A DNA stretch of 20,000 bases, taken from assembly GCA_045837725.1 (NCBI GenBank), contig JBEWZL010000047.1, forward strand, positions 49,644 through 69,643. Reading direction: 5' to 3'. Both the position numbers and the translations under genes were made by a program. Under the pieces are notes generated by a model that did no database searches, was not told the DNA's origin, and saw only the letters and a program-made list of their open reading frames with translations. The stretch is from Vermamoeba vermiformis (lineage: Eukaryota). This document shows positions 11,449-20,000 of this stretch, one piece after another. The stretch's first letter is position 1; every line of letters begins with the position of its first letter.

Positions 11449-12096
11449 AGAAAGTTGGGTTGAAACAGAAATTTGGTGTATTGTTTTATTCGAGCATTTC
11501 GTGACAGCAAATACACATGAAATTTGATACAAACTTCGCTTTAAACCTGGAGGTATGACGAGAGTTATAGGCACCTTATCGCGCAAAAATATTTTTTTAT
11601 TCCGCGGATCGGATCGAGCGATCTTTTTTCCAACTTCTCTTATATGTATATTATTCCAGCTACAAACAAAAATTAAAATTTGTATTATCTCAGCGTACTT
11701 TGGTAGTAATATAGTAATAGCATTTATTTATTATTTTTAAATTGGAATATCCGAAAAAAAAATTTGCAATTCACTCTTCCGCAACTCATTTTTAGAGCAA
11801 TTTTCTAATAGAATTTTGATGCAAACGCTGGTTAATTTACAATGGTGAATCTTGGATCCACAGATGCGAAGCTATTGACTTGAAGATTTTGGATCAATCT
11901 TGATTACAAGTCCAGTGCAGCGAGGGAGAACTGAACAAAGTAACTCATGCCACCGCAACAAAACGGCTAGGTCGGCGAAATTAACTCCGCTTTTCTTTCC
12001 GCGGCGATTTACTCCTTTTTTGGATTAGAAGAGCTCGCGAACATTGAAGAACCTCGAGACGCACGGAATTTCCTCTTCGCAATTTCTCCTTGCCAG

Positions 12097-12104
12097 CTAT
12101 AAAA
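12097..12104 (+). promoter_or_regulatory. Putative TATA box of the SDR gene
   Basis: CTATAAAA lies about 70 nt upstream of ATG 12170 and is followed by an A/C-rich leader. Confidence 0.45.
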
Positions 12105-12169
12105 GTACTTTGCTCGAGCATTAATCATTCATCAAACAAACAAGAACAACAACTCTATTCCAACTTAAA

Positions 12170-13381
12170 ATGTCAACTGTATTCCTCATTGGCGCTGGTT
12201 ACATCGGCAATGCTGTTGCGATTGCATTAAGGTATCTAAAATATAGCATGAAATTAGCGTATTAATTCTTTGTTCAGACAAGCTGGCCATCACGTCACCG
12301 TTTTGGTGAGATCTGCACCCAAAGCAGCAGAGTTGCTCAAACACGAAATTCGCGTCGTCGAAGGGCAAGTAAATTATCAAATCTATATACCAGTTACTAA
12401 TATGAGCATTATAGTGATTTAAAGAATATCCAGACCTTTCAGAAGCAGATCGAAGAATCAAGCTACATTATTGACGCTTCTGGTGACATGCAAGCCTGCC
12501 ATACCTTATTAGCTGCCATCGAGAAAGCTTCCGAAAAGTAAGTCGTGCATTTCTATAATATCTGGAAATATCTTTATTCAATTGACCTTTTTTTTAGGGC
12601 ACCGAGATCGAAAACTTTTGTTTACACTTCCGGTGTTCTCGTGTACGGTGATAACCCCAACAAAATCCTCGATGAAACATCGCCTGTTGCAGCCAATCTT
12701 CACCCGTGGTCAAAGGGCAGATACGAATTTGAGCAAAAAGCGTTGCACTCAAGCCTCGTGCGCACGGTGATTATTCGACCTGGATTTGTTTACGGCAACA
12801 GTTCTGGCGGGTAAGTAACGTTGATATCAATTACAGCCGGGACCTTTAACTTATTGTTGACATTCAGTCTGGGACACATGGCTTTTGGAGCAGTATTGAA
12901 GGGTCAACTTACCATTGTTGGCAACCCTCAAAACAGGTACGCAATTCTTGCAAATAAGACTTAATATTGATATAATGCTATAGATTCGCCTATTCTCATA
13001 TCGCTGATCTTGCTGATGGTTATCGACGTGTTGTTGAAGCACCAGTAAGCGTCATCGACCGAGAAATTTTCAACATTGTTGACTTCTCACATCCAACCAA
13101 CGATGAGGTACGAATACAGCTAAAGCTCCTGATTTTTGTAATACTGATACTAATACTGTATTAAGATGTTGAAGGCTGCCGCGAAGGTTGCTGGCTTCAC
13201 TGGAAAACCCGAGTACCGCGCTGCGGAATCCGATTTTGAAAAGTTCGCTGATGTCAGCTGTGCCTGCTCACCACTTAAGACCATGAGACTACTCAACTGG
13301 ACCCCTCGTCACGTTGGCTTCGTTGAAGAAATTGAGCTCTACTTTAAGGCCTACAAAGCTGCCTATGGAATTCCCCTGTAA
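12170..13381 (+). CDS. NAD-dependent epimerase/dehydratase family (atypical SDR), 7 exons
   Basis: MSTVFLIGAGYIGNAVA (GxGxxG Rossmann motif), VTVLVRS, VVEG/DL, FVYTSGVLVYG, IIRPGFVYG, HIADLADGY, EIFNI and LLNWTPRH. One intron is GC-AG (12365-12414). Confidence 0.9.
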
Positions 13382-13468
13382 GCAAATAAACTTTAGTTTC
13401 ATACTAATTGAACAGCAGTCAGAACACTATTCGTCGTCGTTTCGGGTGTATTTAACAGTGCGTATTCT

Positions 13469-13684
13469 TTTCGCTTTAAGGGGCGAAGGGGCGAACCGCT
13501 TTTCCGCGCGGTGGTGGGTCAGAACAGATCGCGAGATCTGCCACTGTGTCGTGCACGGGTTTTCACACCACACCGTATCTGTGTCTCTGTTATTTTGTTT
13601 TATATACTGATGGATCCATCCGGTTTTTAACGCGCGATCTGGATGGCGCTCCAGGAAGGTAATTCTATCGTATTTCGCTTTAAG
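13469..13684. repeat. 12-bp direct repeat TTTCGCTTTAAG flanking a GC-richer, hairpin-containing intergenic segment
   Basis: Exact copies at 13469-13480 and 13673-13684. The internal hairpin CAGATC-GCGA-GATCTG is at 13525-13540. Confidence 0.45.
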
Positions 13685-13884
13685 CAGCTCGAATTATGCA
13701 AGATTTGTTGGTTTTGTACCTACCTCGTAAATAAGGAACAAAAGTTGGTTTTCATAACATAACCTAACATACAAGAGTCCTTTTTGGTTGCAGCGAAGAA
13801 AAAATTGATCCAAAAACGGTCTGTTGCGATTTCAATTTTGCTATTTAATCGTGATATTGAGACAACACAGAATAGTGAGTTGCA

Positions 13885-15364
13885 ATGAGAGAGCTGCTGT
13901 TCATCACCGTTTTGCTTGCAGCGATATTGAACGTGACTGCGCACTCAAGATTCGTTTGCCCGACGCCCAGAAGCGATAGCTCCGGTATTAAAACAGTAAG
14001 TTCCGTGATTAATTTTAAAATTGTATAATCAATGCACTCTTATGATAAATAACGCTAATACTGCAGGATATTAAAATAAAATCTTTGTAATTGAGCTGTA
14101 ATTTCCGTTTAACTGCCCTAGTAGCAATTATAATAGCAAAAATAATATAATTAATCAACCAAGGTATTAAAATTAATTTATGAAGGGACCATGCGGAGAT
14201 CAAACGAACGACTTCAGCGGACCCGTTACTGAGCTTTCTCCCGGCTGGAATACCTTAGTCATCGAAGAAACCGTTGTTCATAGTGGTGAGTCATAATTAT
14301 GGAGTTGATATAAGTGCCAGGCAAGCCGAGATTTATTTTGATACTCGCAGGAGCGCCGTTTAGAATTGCGTTGACGATTGGAGGAGTCGATGATTATAAA
14401 AGTAAGTTATTACTTGCAATTTTTTAATTCGTTGATATTGCGAACAACTTTGAACTAACGAAACTAAACTAAACGTAGTAAATCCGCTTCCCATTCCAAA
14501 ATAGGCACAAATATCGCTTTATTTATAGTTTGCCGCTAGTAATTATACCTTTTTATGTAGTAAAGATACTCGTTGCTAATCGCTTACGTATCTAATTATA
14601 GACACCTTACTCGATCACGTGCCACACAACGATGCCAATCCCACTAACGGCCGTTACTTCGTGAATGTTTATATTCCCGATATCAACTGTGCAAATTGCG
14701 CTATTCAATCGGGCAACTCGATGACTGGCGGTTACAGTGGCTGTACTCTGGATGGAGGTTGCTCGGCCTACTTCTCTTGCGCTAATATCAAGATTAACGG
14801 GTACATATCATAAAAGAATACACTGCATCGTATATATGTTAAAACAAGCAATAAGCAAGCTAATAGAACTAATTTTTCGCTTTCAGAACTACAGATCCCG
14901 CTACTTGGCAATCCAACTTTACTTACTCACCACCAGCAGACTGGCCTTATACTGTAAGTCTCGTATAGCTTGAATTAATGCATAAATTCGTCTATGGTTG
15001 CATTAAAAGCAATTAGGATCCGATCGCTCCAAACACCTATTTCTAATATAAATGGCTTGATAGGACACTCCTAACGTATACGGCGATGAATCGGCGACTT
15101 GGAAAGACGGTTGGATCGTAGGTATCAACTACAATCAACAGCCTGCTGGTGCTTGCGCTGCTGTCGTGGGCGGTGGAGGTAAGTCAGATCTTTGCGTAGA
15201 AATTCAATTGTATTTAAATTCTTATAGCCATACCTCCTACTATCTATATTCCTGCCGCGCCTAAACCTCCCACAGCTTCTACGCCAGTTAAGAAGTCTTC
15301 GAGCGCATCCGCAGTTCTTGCCAATATCTTGCTCTTGCTTAGCGCCATTTTGTTGCTCCTTTAG
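13885..15364 (+). CDS. Secreted, probably GPI-anchored His1 (histidine-brace) polysaccharide-monooxygenase-like copper protein, 7 exons
   Basis: Signal peptide MRELLFITVLLAAILNVTA is directly followed by H (CAC 13942-13944): HSRFVCPTPRSDSSGIKT/GPCG..EETVVHS/GAPFRIAL..LLDHVPH..IPDINCANCAIQ..YFSCANIKING. A Pro/Ser/Thr linker and hydrophobic tail (SSSASAVLANILLLLSAILLLL*) follow. All introns are GT-AG and in frame. Confidence 0.8.
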
Positions 15365-15703
15365 ATTGTAATATTAGTTTTGGTAGTAATTAGCAAATAA
15401 AGCCAAATTTGTTTGCTGAAACTGAAGATCCAGACGCTTAGTGAGATTCCACTAAACAGCCCTTGGAGCGAATATTAGAACTCGTGTTATACCGCTAGTT
15501 ATAATAATAAATGAAATTTAACGTACCAACAGAATTGCCTCCCGATTTCAAGAGCTGTCAAAACAACGATCTTGACAAAAAAAATGTTCCAACCTTAAAT
15601 TCAGACCTCTCCACCACAGAACCCGTCTGTGTTGTTTATATAATATTTTGTATATCAATTGTAAATAACTTGGTCATCTCGTAGTCTGTATAGTTTTAAC
15701 AAG

Positions 15704-16991
15704 ATGCAATCCATTGTAAATTTTTTCTTTGGCAAAGAGCCTACACCGGAAGAAATGGTGAAAAAATGGAGAAGAGAAATTAGTTCTGAAGGGCGAACAA
15801 TTGATCGAACCATTAGAGGTCAGTGCTGCATCTGAATTTTTCCTAATAATTTTTGAAATTGAAAGCCTTTATTAACAAATCTGTAAATACTTTAGAAATT
15901 AAATACGAATTATTTACGTGCTAATTTCTATTTTTATTTGCAAAATTAACGCGTACGATTTTAGGTATCGAGCGAGAGGAAAATAAATTGAAACTCGAGA
16001 TCAAAAAAGCAGCCAAAGCTAATGATATGAAAACTGCAAAGTAAGTCGTTTTTGTAGGATTCCTTGCATTTATATAAATTAAAGCACACCGGACAGTAAA
16101 ATTTTTTTTGCAAATCCGGATCGCCCGCTCTCGTTTAGTTCAGAATTGAAATTACATTGACTAACGCATCCCTTGTTATCAATAGGACATTAGCTAAAGA
16201 AATAGTCCGCTCTCGCAAACACAAAGATCGTCTTTTTGTTTCAAAAGCTCAGCTCAACTCTGTCTCGCTACACTTACAACAGAACTTAGGTACCTTTAAT
16301 ATCTGCACTATGCATATCAATACATAGTAGCCGAGACCTATAATATTAATCACCTATTTATAGCTACATATAAAATGGCTGGCCATATCGCCAAGAGTGC
16401 TGAGGTGATGAAAGCGATGAACAATTTGATTCGATTGCCCGAGCTCAATAACGTCATGATGACCATGTCGCGAGAGATGGAGAAGGTTGGTATCTATAAT
16501 GTACAAAAACATGCATAATACCACAGCAATGATGAGCGTGCGATCTGCTCACATCCACGGCTGGATCTGCACGATGAATCCTCTTCACTATTATGCGATA
16601 ATATTGCAAGCACGTTACTAAAATATAGTTATATTATCATATTACATAGTGCCAGCGTTAATTATTCTCTTTTACCTTTAGGCCGGTCTGATCGAAGAGA
16701 TGATGGACGACATCTTGGACGAAGATGACGTGGAGGATGAAGTCGAAGAAGAAGTCGACAAAGTGGTCGATGAGCTCATCCTCGACATTGTGGATAGAAC
16801 TCCTGCTGCCAAGAGCAAAATACCCGCTGCTAAAGTGCAACAGCCTGCTCAAGTACGTACCTGTCAAACGAGATCTAGATCACGCACTCGAGTTATTATG
16901 ATTAATAGCAAACAATTAATTAATACGTATACTATAGGAAGAAAAAGATCTCGAATTGGAGAAGCGATATGAAGCTTTGAACAATATTTAG
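15704..16991 (+). CDS. VPS24: ESCRT-III subunit Vps24/CHMP3 (Snf7 family), 6 exons
   Basis: MQSIVNFFFGKEPTPEEMVKKWRREI..IDRTIR/GIEREENKLKLEIKKAAK../TLAKEIVRSRKHKDRLFVSKAQLNSVSL../..KSAEVMKAMNNLIRLPEL..MSREMEK/AGLIEEMMDD..EEEVDKVVDEL../..LEKRYEALNNI* (MIM1-like tail). Confidence 0.93.
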
Positions 16992-17563
16992 ATGATAGTA
17001 TGAGGATCGTAACGTACGTAAGTTCAAAATTTACTACGTTATTAGAATATTGTTTGAAAATCAAATTTGATGTAAATAGTGCCAAAATGTGATAAATATG
17101 TGTTAGCGATACCTTGAACGAGTGCGTTTGACTCGATTTTAAATTTCAGCTTTTTCAACGATTCAACAATAATATTTTGTTACTACTACTTATTACATTA
17201 CCAAATACTGTGCATGTAGTTTAATTGATATACAATATTGTGCATTACTTTCAGATCTTACCAGATCCTTCTGAAGAAAAATCACAAGTTGAATCTGAAG
17301 TTCACTTTGCTTGGTATGTATGAGTAGCACGAAACGGAGGGTCAGCGGAAAGATCATTCGGTGTACAGTGCTTCCGTTCCAGAATTTTCCAAAAAAGGAA
17401 ATTTTACCTTCTGAACAGCTTCGTGAAGAACGGTGGAAGAAATTTGAAAAATATAAATTGAAATCGATCTGAGTTGTTATTTATCAATTGCAAATAACAA
17501 TCAAAAAGCAATACGACAAACTCTTCCCCCTTCTACTTCTTTCAAAAACAAATCCGCTAAACA

Positions 17564-18649
17564 ATGTCCAACCAATTCAAGACTGTTTTGATCGCTGGAG
17601 CCACTGGTTTCCTCGGCTTCAAAGTCGCCAATGCCTTCTCGGACAAGAAGCAATTCAATGTCCGTATCCTCGTCCGCAAGGCGAGCGACAAATCCGATCA
17701 GCTCAAATCCAAGGGCGCTCAAGTAACCGAAGTTGACTTCAATGACTCTGAAGCACTCAAGAAGGTAAGTCGTGATATACTATGGCTTATTAATATTAAT
17801 TGTATCATTTAGGCCCTTACTGGCGTGGACGCTGTTGTTTCAGTTCTTTCCAACGACGGATTCGGTGTTCAACCAGCTCTTATTGCCGCCGCTACTGCTA
17901 GCGGTGTTAAGCGCTTCATTCCTTCCGAGTTCGGTGCCAGCATTTCATTCGCTCCTCCTGGCACTTCTGGCTTGCTTGACTACAAGTGGGGCATCCGCGA
18001 ACAGATCCAAAAAACCGGCATGGAGTACACTTACATTAGCAATCACATCTTCATGGAGTACTTGTTCAGCCCGTTCGGTGGTGTTGACCTCAAGAACGCT
18101 ACTATCGACACTTACGGCCCGGATGTGACTTTCAGCACGATCCACACTGACGACATTGCTCGCTTGGTCCCTGAAGTCTTGTTGAATCCTAATAGCAAGA
18201 ATAAGGAAGTTCATCTTGGTGCTCAGACCTTCAAATGGGACGACATTGCCACCCAACTCGAGAAACTTACTGGTACGTTAAAAAAGATCAATAACAATAA
18301 TTATTACGTAAATCGCGCGTACTCGGCATTTTTATGAAATTTAAAAAAACAACGAAATTTCGCAAATGATGGATTAAAATTTGGATGATTTCTGTGACTT
18401 ACGGAGTTTTTTGGACCGACAGGCAAGAGCTGGAAAAAACAACAATTAACTGACGAGAAATTGACCGAGACCATCACCACTTCGCAAGACATCATTGTTG
18501 CATTCGGCGCTACTTTGCAACGTCAAGCATTGAGACTTAAAACCACCGTTTTGCATCCTCTTGATAACTTGACGGATCCATTCTACGAACCAACCAAGAA
18601 GAACTTAATTAAGGTCGAAGATTACCTCGCTCAAATCACCAAGCAATAA
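17564..18649 (+). CDS. NmrA-like / isoflavone-reductase-like NAD(P)-binding oxidoreductase, 3 exons
   Basis: VLIAGATGFLG (Rossmann motif), ALKK/ALTGVDAVVSVL, QPALIAAATASGVKRFIPSEFG, K..IREQI..TGMEYTYI and IHTDDIAR. Introns are at about 17764-17812 and 18273-18422. Confidence 0.92.
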
Positions 18650-19014
18650 GCACTCTAGATTCTAGATACAAAACGAACTGAATTGTTCTTTTGCTGTTGA
18701 TCTAACAAAAAAATAAACCTTTGATCCTATTCGACCATAAGAGTAGTGTTTGCATATGCCTTGAGTAATGTTTGATTATTTGTTTGTACACACAGTAAGC
18801 GCTTATTGGCTCCCCGCTTGCTTCTCAAATAATAATTTGTATCGGCACACTAAAGTCAAAGCTGATTACAACGGCTCAACATAACGTACTCGAATGAATA
18901 GATAAAATTGGTTTAATTACACTCACGATCAGCATTTAGCAATATGTATTTCTACTAAATCAATATTAAGCCTGTCTGTAATTGATGTAAACGGGTTTCT
19001 TGACAATCTCGTGT

Positions 19015-20000
19015 TTATCTGCAAGTAGCGTGACAAGATGTTTTAAACCATTCAGGCATCGGACATGTGAATGGATTGCCTGTCGCAAAACAAGACATGT
19101 AGGGCATTGTCACGTTGTTCATCTGTGATGAGACGGACGTGAACTGATTGCCCTCGATATCAATACAATTCTTGTTTTTTGCCAACAACGGCACGTAAAA
19201 TTCGCCGCTGAAATTATTCTTTGCAACGCTGAGGATCAGCTCCTGTCTACCGGTTTGAAAAAAAAGTTTCTCGTTCAACTTTGGTACTGGGCCAGTGAAT
19301 TGATTCTTGTCCAATATCAATCGAGTCACACTCGTATTAGCAAGACTAGGCATTGTTCCTGTCAAATTGTTGTAGCCTAATGACAACACCCGCAAATGCG
19401 TTAGCTGCGAAATTTCGTTGGGTATTGTTCCGTACAGTCCACTGCGGCGTGCTTCAAATTGCTGAAGATTTTTAAGATTTGATATCTGCGGCGGTATCGT
19501 CCATGACAAGTCTCCATTGTTGCTTAATTGCAAAACTTTCAATGAAGGCAGTGAAAATATCTCCAAAGGCACGGATCCAGTAAACTGTGAATTTGCAAGA
19601 ATGAGTGTGTCGAGATTGGTGAGGTTCCCAATCGATGCAGGAATAGTTCCATATATCTTATTCGCTTGATACAACCGAAACGATTGAAGTTTGTCGAGTC
19701 TGCCAATCGAGTCGGGTATCGTGCCAACCAAATTGAAATCGTACAGTTCAAGACCAACCACTCGTAAGTCACCATTGCACGCGACACCAAGCCATTCACA
19801 GACATTATTTGAAGATGTCGAGAGTCCTCTTTGATCACAACAGGCGCCAGTAGCGTTGTACAATTCGGCAACGACGGCGTGATCGATTGACAAGTACGCT
19901 GGTGACGGCGTTGTTGGTGATGGTAGCGGACTTGGTACTGTTGTTGCAGGGCTATTTGGTGCATTAGGAGAGGTGTCTGTGTTCAGATCTGGTCGAAAAA
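19015..20000 (-). CDS. Extracellular plant-type leucine-rich-repeat protein (5' part outside the window)
   Basis: The frame stays open to the window edge through a Pro/Thr/Ser linker (SPNAPNSPATTVPSPLPSPTTPSP). It continues with an LRR N-cap (CEWLGVAC), repeats of LxxLxLxxNxLxGxIPxxI, and a C-cap GNPFTCPMPEW..C..TC*. Confidence 0.9.
   Translation of the reverse strand, partial: FRPDLNTDTSPNAPNSPATTVPSPLPSPTTPSPAYLSIDHAVVAELYNATGACCDQRGLSTSSNNVCEWLGVACNGDLRVVGLELYDFNLVGTIPDSIGRLDKLQSFRLYQANKIYGTIPASIGNLTNLDTLILANSQFTGSVPLEIFSLPSLKVLQLSNNGDLSWTIPPQISNLKNLQQFEARRSGLYGTIPNEISQLTHLRVLSLGYNNLTGTMPSLANTSVTRLILDKNQFTGPVPKLNEKLFFQTGRQELILSVAKNNFSGEFYVPLLAKNKNCIDIEGNQFTSVSSQMNNVTMPYMSCFATGNPFTCPMPEWFKTSCHATCR

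Noticed and set aside
17772-18256. Overlapping ORFs 17772-18128 (+) and 17945-18256 (-)
   Set aside because: They are shadows of the strongly codon-biased NmrA-like exon.
19539-19964. 141-aa alternative-frame ORF with a Q/H-rich start
   Set aside because: It is an out-of-frame reading of the Pro/Thr linker and LRRs.
1-20000. Fragmented ORFs suggesting pseudogenes or a non-standard genetic code
   Set aside because: Every break examined is explained by a short spliceosomal intron that restores the frame, so no stop-codon reassignment is needed.
1-20000. CRISPR array, rRNA, tRNA, prokaryotic operon or defence island
   Set aside because: No regularly spaced repeats or recognisable RNA genes were seen, and the DNA is clearly eukaryotic (introns, ESCRT-III, GPI-type tails).

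Overview
Compact, intron-rich eukaryotic (probably protist/amoeboid) DNA. Introns are short and AT-rich (mostly 45-200 nt, GT-AG with CTAA(C/T)-like branch points, plus two GC-AG), and the code is standard. Manual splicing gives ten protein-coding genes: a GH38 alpha-mannosidase (-, 3' end outside the window), an EXPERA/TMEM97-like ER membrane protein (+), a small coiled-coil orphan (-), a Crinkler/RHS-like SAM-like + P-loop NTPase + restriction-endonuclease-fold protein (-), a 15-exon bacterial-type beta-helix glycan-processing protein with signal peptide and GPI-like tail (+), an NAD-dependent epimerase/SDR (+), a His1 histidine-brace LPMO-like secreted, probably GPI-anchored protein that the ORF track misses (+), ESCRT-III VPS24/CHMP3 (+), an NmrA/isoflavone-reductase-like oxidoreductase (+), and an LRR protein (-, 5' end outside the window). 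The most interesting items are the LPMO-like copper protein, the Crinkler-like NTPase-nuclease, the intronised bacterial-like beta-helix enzyme, and recurrent tandem GATC motifs in non-coding DNA. All family assignments come from motif recognition, not database searches.
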